A stretch of DNA of 64,000 nucleotides, taken from NCBI GenBank assembly GCA_043228905.1, contig JBHGNT010000003.1:5766001-5830000 (forward strand), given 5' to 3'. Numbering within the stretch: position 1 is the first letter of the stretch; each line of letters begins with the position of its first letter. Shown piece by piece: positions 52,006 through 63,283 of this stretch. The notes beneath the pieces were generated by a model. That model was not told the origin of the DNA. It did not search any database and was given only the letters and a program-made list of their open reading frames with translations. Source of the stretch: Azolla caroliniana (taxonomy: Eukaryota > Plantae > Polypodiophyta). The position numbers were made by a program, and so were the translations under genes.

Positions 52006-54204
52006 CTAAAAATCCGAGGATTCGCCTCCGAGACTATCTCGATTCCTTTCATGATTAGCTCGCACAATTAGGAATTGGACCGATCTTTGGTTGTCAAGAC
52101 TCTTTATTCGTGCGAAGGCTGCTCCATTATCGAACACTCTGGTCTCCATCCGAGATGATGTGATATAAGGTTGCCCTAGGATGACAGGATGTGACGCCGA
52201 TTCTTGTACGAAGAAGTGTTGATCCATCTCCACATCCCTGATCGTGACTTTGATATTGGGACAAGCTCCGTACAAGTCCTCCGTAGACTTTGTTGCCGTG
52301 CGAATCTTCCATCCGTGGTTTGTATTGATTGGCCATCTTCCCTTTTTGTAGAAGTCGGTTGACATGAGGTTGATCTCCGAGCCGTGGTCGATCAAGGCTA
52401 CCACGGTCTCTTTCTTCTCCCCGATCTTCACCGGCGTCTCCGTTGTCGCTCGTGCCCAATGAGGTCGAGTATAGTGGTTGTCCACCATATCTTCATCGAC
52501 TTCGTCTCTTGCCATCGTTATGGCATTCGTTTTTGCTTTTTGCGGCTTCTCTTCTTCCTCGTCCGATTGTTGTCTCTTTCTCTTTACAAGGTCCACGATC
52601 GTGTCATGGAACTCCTTCTTCGTAATGCCAAGCAATTCCCTCAAGGACAAAGTTACGTGGCTATCAAGAACTCGTTCTTCGAGAATCTTCTTTAGGTCCG
52701 TTGTCTGCTCTATGTCCAACCTTAGCTTATAGGTAGGTATAGTCCTAGTCCTCCGAGCGGGGTTTTCGACACCAACCTTCACGGGCCGCACCGTTTCTTC
52801 AACTCGTATGCTCGGCTCCCCTTTTCGGCTTGATTCTCGTTCCTCCGATTGTAAAGGTCGACTCGTCTCCGCATCGTCCTTCTTTTTCGCGTTCCTTGTT
52901 TCATGTCTTTTTGATGGGCCTTGCTCTTCTATTCTCTTTCTCTTTTCTTCGACGAACACCTCGTGGTTGTCGCACATCACTTCTACGAGTATGGTGTTGT
53001 CGTCCACCGGATCCGACCACCCGGTTATGCTTTGCACGCTTCGGTCCGCAAGCTCTACCTCGTTCGACATGACTTTTCCCTTCTTCTCATATTCGAGAAC
53101 GGAAGTCCAAAACTTTGCTCCCGCTCTAGCAGCTTCAGTCTTGTCTTTCCCGACTCTTATTCCGGCCGACGCAGCATAGTGCATCGCATCCACATGAGTC
53201 GCATCGGCATCCTCCATAGATTTCTTCATTCCTCCTCTTCCGAAATTCACCCGTAGGGGTCTTCTAGTCTCGCTTGAGCAGATCATGTTGTCCTCTATGT
53301 ATACGATATTTTGTCGAATCGCCTCTCGAAGGCTCACACAATCCCTTCTCATGTGGTCCATGCTATCGCACCACACGCATCTAAAGGGTTCTTTTCCTTT
53401 AGGGCCCCGACGATTCATGTTGGCTAGCGTGACCTTCTCGAACTTCTTCGCTAGCTCTTCAATGATGTCTTCATCAATCTTCTTTTCTTCCACGTTACTT
53501 TGTCTTGGCAGCTCAGCTACTTTCGGCGGTCTTGGTTTCTCCGTGGTAGTCGGTCCCGTCAAGTCGGTGTCATCAACCCATTGGCGATGCTTGTCGAGCC
53601 TATTGCATGCCTGCTTCACCGCGATCCAGTCCGCTACGAGCCCATTTGCTTGGGTATCATCTTCGAGAAGAGTCCCCAACTCCCGACTATCCTTTATGTC
53701 CACGGCCTTCAAGAAGTACAAAGTCTTGTCCTCTTCAAGCAACACTTGGTCTGTGTTGCGGAGACGACTAAACATCTGGTCGAATTCGTCGTACACCCTC
53801 GAGACGCTCATCTTCTTATTCTTCTTCTCTATCCACTTCATCAGGGCATGTCGAGTCATCCTCGTTGAGTCTTCAATCACGAACTCCACTAGTATCATTT
53901 TCTCGAACTCGGACCATGTTGTCTTACCTTCTTGAAGCTCGATGACGCGTCTTTGGATGTTGTTGGCGACAACTCTCTTGAAGCTTGCGATTTGACGTGC
54001 CTCGGACACGTCCCTCTAATTCATCTCCCTTCTATATGCATCAAGGAACTTCATAACGTTCCTTCCATCGAATTGGCCCTTGAGCTCTACGACACGATCG
54101 ACAACCTTCTCCACGCTCGCGTCGTTGTCCCGAGATCTCATCATTTGCTCGACGATTAGCATCATCCTTTCGAGCTATCCCGCTTGGTTGCTTGAGGACG
54201 CCAT
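52006..54204 (-). pseudogene. Gypsy gag-protease ORF with two in-frame TAGs (54175-54177, 54016-54018)
   Basis: ATG at 54204. Zinc knuckle CVWCDSMDHMRRDC. Aspartic protease ALIDHGSEINLM. Confidence 0.88.
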
Positions 54205-54245
54205 CTCCAAGTATTAATCTCGACTTGATCCTTCCTACCGCCTCT

Positions 54246-54263
54246 TTCACGTCGGGTTCACCA
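54246..54263 (-). promoter_or_regulatory. Primer binding site complementary to tRNA-Trp 3' end
   Basis: + strand TTCACGTCGGGTTCACCA matches the 3' end of plant cytosolic tRNA-Trp (from recall). It lies 8 nt from the 5' LTR. Confidence 0.8.
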
Positions 54264-55023
54264 CTTAATTATGTCGTGAAGATCCGTCACTACGCGCGGA
54301 TCGTGAGGCGGAACCGTCGGGGTTCTGGACCGGAAGGATTCAAAGTCGGTACAAGCTTTGGCGCAAGCTTTAGCGAGAAAGTACTTAAGATAGATTGGGA
54401 AAGAGAGAAGTTGAGATTACACGATTGAGAGAGACTGATTGAACTACTTTAGATTTAAGAAACAAGTTACACGGTCAATTTGATAACGAATTTCTTCCTC
54501 TTAATTTTCATTAAAAAAAAATGTGTTTTTTCTCCTCCCCCTTCCTTCTTTTCTAGATGCTCTCATGCATATGATGCATGTGAGGGTACAAGACATGCAT
54601 AAATTGCATGTTTGCCATTTGGCGCTTATGTATTACATGTGGTGCATGATAACCATGTCACTCATTTTAGCTCTCATGTATGAGAATTTACATGTAAAAA
54701 ACACCGGGTCATTTGAAACAGGTAATATGTCGCATTATGAGAACACTACGTCCAAAAAGGGCACAAAAGCACGCAGTTTTCAAAAAGACACGACGGATGC
54801 GTAAAGCTTTTCAGAAAAGGTGGCAAAATATATTGAATTTCAACATGACTACCACGAGGCATAAGTAAAATGCCTCCAAAAATACATCACCAAAATTACA
54901 AAATAATGTACAACATGTCTACCAGTTACAATTATACATATTCGTGAGTTTACATCCAAAACAAATTTACAAAGTTTCCGATCATGTAGTAAAACAATCC
55001 CCAGCTTGAACCAAACCAATATG

Positions 55024-57696
55024 TTAAGACATGTTTGATGGACTAGAAGAGCATTCTGACGTCTCATCCTCATCATCAGTGGCAATCAAAGCATTATCCT
55101 CATCCAATTCCAACCCAACATCTTTGTGGTTATGAGAATTGCTTCTGGTTATTCTCTGTATTTCGTTTGACACCATGTTTGGGATTTTCTCCTTTATTAT
55201 CTTGATAGTTGCTTGTCTTAGATGACTTGATTTTGTCAATGAGAAGTCATATACTAGTATGTCAACATGGTCTAGTGCGAGAGTAGCCGTGCTCGGTATA
55301 TTCTTTCTTCTTCTCTTTCTGCTTGAACATCCGACATCCTTAACCATCTCTAAAGAATACTTTCCTGTAAATGCATCAAGTGAATTTGTCTGATACCAGT
55401 GGACTACTATTGACTTTGTCTGACTACTTTCTTCATCCCTTACTAATTCAATAATTTTTGCAATCCAAAATGGATGGCCCAAGGTATCGTCCCCTGCTAA
55501 TGTTGCAACCAACATTCCCACTTGTAGTTCTTGCAAATTACCTTGCCATCTTGCCTCAACAATACGTGACTTTCTTGGTCCCACATAAATATCTCTTTGC
55601 AGTGGCCGAACTAAATCATGAAGCTCCATATTATTCGATTGTTGGTGATGAGTCTGCGATATCGTTGATGTCATCCCAATGTTCCATGTGAATGGGATAC
55701 GGATTGGCCATAAACCGGCGATGTAATTATCTAAAATGGTGCGTTGATGGGTGAAGAAAATCTCCCACCATTCAACATCCTCATCACCGACATACTTCTT
55801 AGTCCGATCAATATTATTTTGTTTCTCTGCTAGACATCTCAACCAATATGCCCTTTGTTCATCAATAGTACTATTTGTTGCTACATTTTTACGATAATCA
55901 TATGGCATTTGTTGTGCACCATGTAGAGGTTCATCTGGGATATGAAGAAGGAGCCTACAACCTTCTTGGGGCTCCCATTGTGCACTAGATGAGTATTGTT
56001 TCCCAAACAACACCGTCATCTTGAGGTGGGCCGATCTTTGTTTTATGAGGAAGACATGGTTGAAACTTATATTATTAAGAGGTGCAACCACCCTACCTTT
56101 AGTCCCGTCATTATCCATGCAGAAACGTTTAAAGTTGTATGCTTCTTCCAAGTGTTGTACTTCAGGCTTTGGTGTATATGCTTCACTAATCAATTTGGAT
56201 AGCGTGGGAAGTGTGAAAGCATTACAGCGAGCAAGTTTCTTTGAGAACCTACTGAACATTTGATCTATGTGATCATGGGTATGACCAACCAACAAGAAGT
56301 TAACCTTTATCTTTTTAAATATGCCCCTCTCTACTAGCATGCTTAGATAGCCGAAGACAGTTGAGTTCTTATTCTCTCTTGCTGTGTTGTCTAGTTGCAC
56401 ATATAGAACTGGCGGGAGTATACCTGACCATGATTGCAATACCCTGTGCATGACAGTGACAGTAAGATTAGGGTCGTTGTGGATATTGGGATAAGTTAAG
56501 AACACTTGCGGTCTTATAGTTTGACAATATGTCAAACAACCCACTAGATGCATTTGCACGAGACACTCATCTCCAATATCCTTGGGGAGTCTTTGAAAAT
56601 GCGGCAAACAAGTTTTCTTTTGATCCATGCCGTCAATAATCATGCACATATACTTTTCGGGAGATTGAAACGCTTTTTGTCGGTGATGCATAGCCTTAGT
56701 ACGTTCCAATGCCTGACTTTCACGATGCTCTTTTAACAGGTTCTTGTAATTCTTGATCTCTACATCTGATTTTCCACCCTTGGCCATACTTTTTAAACTC
56801 GCACATATTGAGCAGACTCCCATTCGCACCTTTCGTGGGATAACCACGGTATTAAATTGTAACCTCCATAGTCGATTAAAATGCATGTACTGTATGTAAG
56901 GCTCAACATCGGAAGACATGTCGTCCTTGTACGATTGGTAAACTTCCCTTCGAGTAAAGTTATCTGACAAATGAAGTCTTCCTGTCGTTGGCATAACTTC
57001 GCACTGTTTTGAAAAATATACCTCCATCCACCTAATTGCCTGTTGCCCAATTTGACCCTTACATCCAGAACCATTTTGATCAAACTGTACCCAGGAGCCC
57101 TTCAGAAGTCGCTCTTGAACTCGTTGTAGCCGCATATTTCCAATGCTATGAGTGATTTTAAAAGCTGCTCGACAACACTTGGTATTTAGTCCAAGGAAAT
57201 ATTCAACTTGCGTTGAATTAGGCCCTGCTTTGTGATCCAATTTAAGTTGCATATGCGAAAGAAGAAATGTATCTTGCTCTTCCCCATTAAGCGACAAGTA
57301 TTTTTGTCGTGTTTCACGTAACCTTGACTTTCCATAAGTTGATAGACAGAGATTCGCACAACACGATTTGTTCAAGTCGCATAGAAGTTGACGATCAGAA
57401 CATAAGAAATTAAATCTCTTTTCACTAACTTGTCGAGGAACTCTTTTAAATGCTAGAGGTTTAGCAATGCTATTGTTATCTATCGACGAAGAATCGTCCT
57501 CTTGTAAGCTTGCATGAAGAGGGCCATCAACAGGATCAATTGAAAACAGAGAATTCGAAGTACTAGGAGCCACACTTTTCTATTTAAGCCGCGAATGTTT
57601 TTTGTGGTCGTACTCTTCTATTGAGAAATACGAGTTGTCTGACAATGAAAAGGGGGCAATAGAAAAAAGAGATGTTCTACTTGTAGAAGAAGACAT
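55024..57696 (-). CDS. DDE-type transposase (Sola1-like/DUF7869-type RNase H fold) with Cys clusters and BAH-like C-terminus; in-frame TAG at 57580-57582
   Basis: IIDGMDQ, LYVQLDNTARENKN, FLLVGHTHDHIDQMFS; CSIC motif; located inside the TIRs. The upstream ATG at 57696 is in frame with the 849-aa ORF across a single stop. Superfamily assignment is tentative. Confidence 0.8.
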
Positions 57697-57993
57697 TTGA
57701 GGGAGTCTAACTGTATTCTAAAACCTTCTTTTGAGAAAATTAAGGAATACTAAAGCCTAACTATATAACTACCCGAACACTTAGATTAACTATATTATTT
57801 TCCGACATTTTCCTAAAAAACAAATAATTAAAAATTATTTTTTATTTTAAAAGGAATGCTAAAGTCTTCTATATAAGGAGGTTAGAAATTTCATTTTCAT
57901 TATCACGTGAAAGAATCCATCGAGCTCAGAGCACAGGCCAATTTTCGAGCACTCAGAAGCACATCGTCAACAGCACTACCTCCGGCACGAATC

Positions 57994-60900
57994 ATGAACA
58001 AGGGAAAGAAAATCATCAGGTTAGTAATATTCTTTACATTTTTTGAGATTCCTAAAGATTCCTTAAAGATTCCTTTCCTCAACACATAGAAATTTTATTT
58101 TATTTTGTACAACGAACTTGGAAAGCAATTCTGAAAGGCAGGACCTTCAACCAAAATCCGATGCAGTGCATCGGATTTGCGTTGAAAGTCATGCCTTTCA
58201 ACGCAAATCTGATGTAGTGCAACGGATTTGCGTTGAAAAAAATGTTGTTTTTGCGATAAAAAACTATCGCATGGGACCATAAAATTGACGTAATTTAGAT
58301 GACAATTTGCGTGATTTAGATAAAATTGTACGTTGTTTCTATGTTTTCACCAACGTTTTTAATTTCAATGAACCCAGACAAAAAGTTCCTTCATTTAGAT
58401 TGAAGATTCGATCTCCGACAAAACGAGATTCTGGCTCCTTCATCAAGGACACGAGTAAAAAGATTTTATTTGACTCAACGGGGGAAGGAGGATCCAAGTC
58501 ATCTGTGGCTACTACCAAAATCAACAAAGGTAGTACGCAAGAGGAGAAAACGGTTGAGGTGAAATATAAGGATTACCCCGAACTTGAATGGTGTCTCTCC
58601 TATGTCGAGGAGGATGGGGTGTTGTTATTGATAACGGTAAAATCGGACGGGGAAGGGAAACTTCAGCTTGGAAAAACATTTAATTACGGGCATGTAACCA
58701 ATCTAGAGTACGAAGACATTGACTCTACAAGTATTTTAATCGACGTCTCGAGCTCAGTTGGCAACAGGCGATTGCGACTTGATGAGGGAAACCTAGTACC
58801 TGAATCTTGCAATCCCAAGGCTTTGCGTAAAGACCTGCAAACGAAAAATAACTTGTTGGTAGCTCTTCGGCCGTACGTGACAGGAGAGATGATGACCGGT
58901 GAAGCAGAAACTCCACCGAAAAAGTCTAGGAAGACAAATCCTGTTCAAAAGAAATATACTAAACGACCACGACCCGAAGAAGAAGAAGAAGAAATATTAC
59001 AGTTCGTGGAAGAAGAAGACGACCAACAAGTCGACGTCGTGGCTCCAGGCGGACAACTATCTTCTGGTGTCCTGACGTCAGAACAAAATAAAATAAGAGA
59101 AAATATTGTGAAGACTAAACTTGTGCGCAGGGGCCAGCTATTTCATTTGCCCATTACTTCTATCCAAAGGCCCCCCATTGACCCCGTGACTGGAAGACGT
59201 CCCTTGGAAATTAGGGAGCCGCACTCCGTCCATGTGCAAAACCTGAAAAGCAAAATGAAAATCAATCCTCACGCTACTGTGGTGCCATTTTTGGTAATGG
59301 TTGATCAAGAACAATGCCCAACAGTAGCAGATTTCAAGTATAGCTCTGCAGACGATTACACATACTATGTAATCGGAGGATCACATTCGGCCGAAGCTCG
59401 ACGACAGCTTGTCAAAGAATATCCTCTCACGTTGTTCTTCAAGTACGCCGAATGTAAGGTATATGCAGGACTAACTCACGAGGAGGCGAAGCTGCTCGCA
59501 TGGGACCATAACAATGACAACGATTATAGGCAAAAGATGTCATGTATAGAGAGGATAAGATTTTTTCATCATGAATACCTGGATGCCTTGAATCATTTTG
59601 GTCCAAGATTGTGGCCTGGATTGCGACGCCAGTGTTTATTGGAAGTAGGGATTGCAGTGGATGAGAGTACCAAATCCGAAGGTCTCTGAAAATATGATTC
59701 TTGGTTTCAACTAGCTTTTTGGACCGGAGAGGTGTGGGATCTCCAAGACAAAATATTCTCTATGTGGGAGTGGAAAGAAGTCAAGGGGCAAAGATCAAAA
59801 AAGGGAAGAATTGATCCACAAGTTGAGATGAAATCAAAGACCAAGGGAAAAAGCGACTTAGTAATCGAGGAGTTAGCAGAGGACATGAAACTTTTACCTT
59901 GGAGATCATTACAAGGTATCAAAGATGATAGATTGTTAATATCTGTGCTATCTCGAGTGGTCGCCAAGGAATTTAGTTTGGACGAGATGGTAACAGACTT
60001 GCAAAAGTAAGTGTTTATAGTATACCTTTTCATGAAAGTCTTCAATTATTTTGAATATCTTATTTCTAATTTCATATTGATTGTGTAGTCACAAGGTATA
60101 CATGAAGATTCAGGAGTTGATGATGCAAAAACTGAGTTTACCGACATGGGAAGAAGTTGAACAAGCCTGCCCGATAACTTCTTCCTACAAGGCATTGGAG
60201 GAATATTTTATTGTATTTAGAGAATGGGTATGTGTCTTTTGAATGTTGATATGTTAGAAACTAATGTTCCCTACTAACAACAATGACACTTGCAGAAACC
60301 ATCAAAATCGAAAAAGAACAACGACAATAATGACGGTATTCCAGCGGCCTTCATCACGCACTTAGAACGTGCGAAATATGAGAAGAGAATGACCAAAGGG
60401 AAGGAAATGGAACTGCCCGAGGATTCGGAGACTGTAAAGAGTTTTTTGCATAGGTCTGATCCTTTCAAATAGCTTCATTATAGTGTTTTCAATGGCGAAG
60501 TATCCCAGATGCGCGAACTGTTACCGAGAAGGCACTACACTTTGCTGATAGCTGACATACCATATGGTTTCCGTATTGCGGGATCAACATATGATGATGT
60601 GCCTTTCAAGTACCCTCAGATCGAGAAAATGGTAAAGGATTTCGCAGAACTTTCATTGGCCCCCTTGTGGAGGATAGTCATATTTCATAGCATGGGGCAA
60701 TCACTGTCAGTCACAACAGCTTTGAAGTCCCGTTGTCATGCCACTGAACACATGCATTGGTGCGTTATAGTTCGCTTTTACTCATTACAGTACTTCTTAT
60801 TATATGTACACATTTACACCTCTAATACTTGATTTTCTTTCTCTATAGGATCAAAACAAATATTACACGTAGCCCTGGCGATCGAATGGTTAGTGCGGTC

Positions 60901-61578
60901 GAACATTTTTGTGTGGGCTACTATGATTCAATTACAAAGAAGAAGGCTAGAGCACATGTCAATGAGCGTAACGTGGTTAACTACATCATGTGCCCAGCTG
61001 TAACCAAAAAATTAAGACATGTGTTAGGGGATAAAAGTATGGTGAACCCTTATCAAAAACCTCAAAGATTGATCAACCGCCTCATAGAGCTCTTCTCGAA
61101 TCCAGATGATTGGGTCCTAGACTTGTTCTCTGGCACAGGTATAATATATATATTTAATTTCAATCTTGTCGATCAAGTTTAAGACGTTACTTCTTATATA
61201 TACTTGTTTGTGTTCATGCGATCATTAGGTACAACGACAACTTGTGCATTGAAGATGTTTAGAAACTGTGTTGCATTGGAGAAGGACCCTGCTCAAGTTA
61301 ACTTCATCAAAATGAGGATCACAAGAATCTGGGACTGTCCAGATCAGGATCAAGAAGTCGGAGCAAAACACATCAACGAGACAGAGATGTTCCAGATGAC
61401 TTCACGAGAACCAATGGAACCAATTGATGAAGAAGCAGGGGAGCTGGTGGACCTGGAAGATGTAGCACAGTTTGACCATACATCAGATTCGAGAGAGCTT
61501 GGAGATGACACGAATGAAAATAGTCTAGAACAATCAGCGCCAGAGGAGCCTGCTCTGCCTGATTTGCTTATAGATTGA
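57994..61578 (+). pseudogene. ParB-like domain + beta-class N6-adenine/N4-cytosine DNA methyltransferase fusion, 6 exons (57994-58019, 58378-60006, 60089-60227, 60296-60759, 60849-61138, 61229-61578), ~965 codons, two in-frame stops (59687-59689, 60470-60472)
   Basis: All five GT-AG introns preserve frame (one has a TACTAAC branch point). ParB/Srx-like YYVIGGSHSAEAR. MTase motif IV LLIADIPYG, then HWIK..VEHF, then NPYQKPQRLINRLIELFSNPDDWVLDLFSGTGTT..RNCVALEKD (motif I after motif IV = beta class). Confidence 0.85.
58132..58237. repeat. Tandem/nested 41-bp palindromes in intron 1 of the MTase gene
   Basis: TTCAACCAAAATCCGATGCA-G-TGCATCGGATTTGCGTTGAA (58146-58186) and TTCAACGCAAATCTGATGTA-G-TGCAACGGATTTGCGTTGAA (58197-58237). 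Confidence 0.85.
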
Positions 61579-63283
61579 TGTAGATGGCGTAATGTAAAAA
61601 TTGAGGATTTTGAGGCATAATATTCACCATCACTTCATATTATATTTGTATATGAGAACATCTGTAATTGTTTATCGTTTAATTAAATTCACCTGTTCAT
61701 AATTTCCCTTTTTAATCATTATTGGAACCGTAGTTTGTATTTACATATAATTGGTCACCATGCTCTTCTTCAGTTTGAGATATTAACATGATATTGTAAT
61801 TTCTCATTTCCGTTAGCATGACTGTATATGAAAAGGCGAATGTTTTTTATAATAAGAGGTTTTTAGTTACCTACGGTTCAAGTCTATTGGTTCCACATAG
61901 TATAAATGAATGTCGTACGTAATTGTTACTCTTATCAATTACATTGTCATGAACTATATGACATTATACAATGAAACTATCGATATACCCGTCCAACAAG
62001 TGGGGTACTACTTTATTCCTAAACCCAAAACCACATATTTATAATTACGGTTTATGTAGTTTTACTCTACAATTTGAATATGGATACCAATTTTAGAACT
62101 TTATATTGAACCAAGTCTTCAATTGTGCTCCATGATATGCAAATTGACACGAATGTGGAAACATATACAATTTAGTAATTGCTAGGTTTTTTTTGTTCTA
62201 TATTTAACTATCAAGTCGCAAAAGGGGTATGCATGCATCATATATTTTCGATATCAGGCTAAAATAGGGTACTTTTCTACATCTAGCCAACTATGCCAAA
62301 AGAGAATACGACATATTACCTGTTTCAAATGACCCGGTGTTTAAAAGTACAATGATAGAAATATAATTTCAACTAAATAGCATGGCTTAATGGTAAGCCA
62401 ATTGATTCCTTACTTGGAGGTGCAAGGTTCGAATCCTTACTTGCCCTCCTTATATATGTATATATGTATATATATTTATTTATCTAGTCGCCGGTTCGTC
62501 GGTTGCCGTCGGATCACCGGCTCCATCGCCGGTCCGGTTTTGGTTGGCCAAAACCCTTTACGAGTAGCTAGCCCACCTCCACTCTTACTTCAAGTTACCT
62601 TGAACTCTCTATGCTCCACACATAGACACAAAGATAATATCTTTTGCTCCACCTTATATATTATGAGAGCCATATTTGTCGTGCCTATGTGGGATATCTC
62701 ACAATTTTCTCTTTTCCTTTCACAAACTTTATACCCTCATATCTTGACATTTAGTTGTCTGTTTCTCGTGTAATAAAGTGCATTCGAAACCTCCATCATT
62801 TTGTACTTAGATATTAAATTTATTTAAAATGTTATCTTCACAATTATTGTATTATGTGATTTATACTCGATTTTGTACGTTTTATGAGATTTTTACACTA
62901 TTGCCGAAAATCTTCACGACACCGGTTCATTAGGTAGACGGCCGTATTTGCCGCTTCGGCCCAATAGGACTTGGGCATATGCTTCTCGTTCATCATGGCC
63001 CGCGCTACTTCTAGGATGTGCCGATTTTTGCGCTTGGCTACTCCGTTTTGTTGCGGAGTGTGTCGGCAAGTGAATTCTCGCCGAATTCCTTCCTTTCGGA
63101 GATACGTCGTGAAATCGTCTGAGAAGTACTCCTTGCCGCCATCTGATCGAAGGCATCGTACATGTCGGCCCGTGGCTTTCTCGACTTCATTCTTGAAATT
63201 TTGGAAGTGTCCGAACACTTCGCTCTTTTGCCGCATCAGGTAGATCCATGTGTGCCTAGAAAAGTCATCGATGAAGAGCACGT

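Larger units (their letters stand above)
54700..62341. mobile_element. 7.6-kb TIR DNA transposon carrying a transposase and a ParB-like/DNA methyltransferase gene
   Basis: 37-bp TIR AACACCGGGTCATTTGAAACAGGTAATATGTCG(C/T)ATT (first 33 bp perfect). Empty site CATGTAAAAGTAC in the sister LTR. TSD TAAAA (3-5 bp ambiguous because of the A run). Confidence 0.95.
47374..62921 (-). mobile_element. Full-length Ty3/Gypsy LTR retrotransposon; 3' LTR 47374-48451, 5' LTR 54272-62921 (interrupted by DNA transposon); TSD CCGG
   Basis: Near-identical LTRs TGTCGTGAAGAT...ATCTTCACGACA. CCGG at 47370-47373 and 62922-62925. PPT at 48452-48466. PBS at 54246-54263. Confidence 0.95.

Noticed and set aside
52127-53935. 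Long antisense/overlapping ORFs over gag (also those over the RLK and cyt b561 genes)
   Set aside because: Shadow ORFs of coding sequence with no recognisable motifs.
57994-61578. Bacterial contamination or chimeric assembly as the source of the MTase
   Set aside because: The gene has five frame-preserving spliceosomal introns and sits within TIRs/TSD inside a plant LTR.
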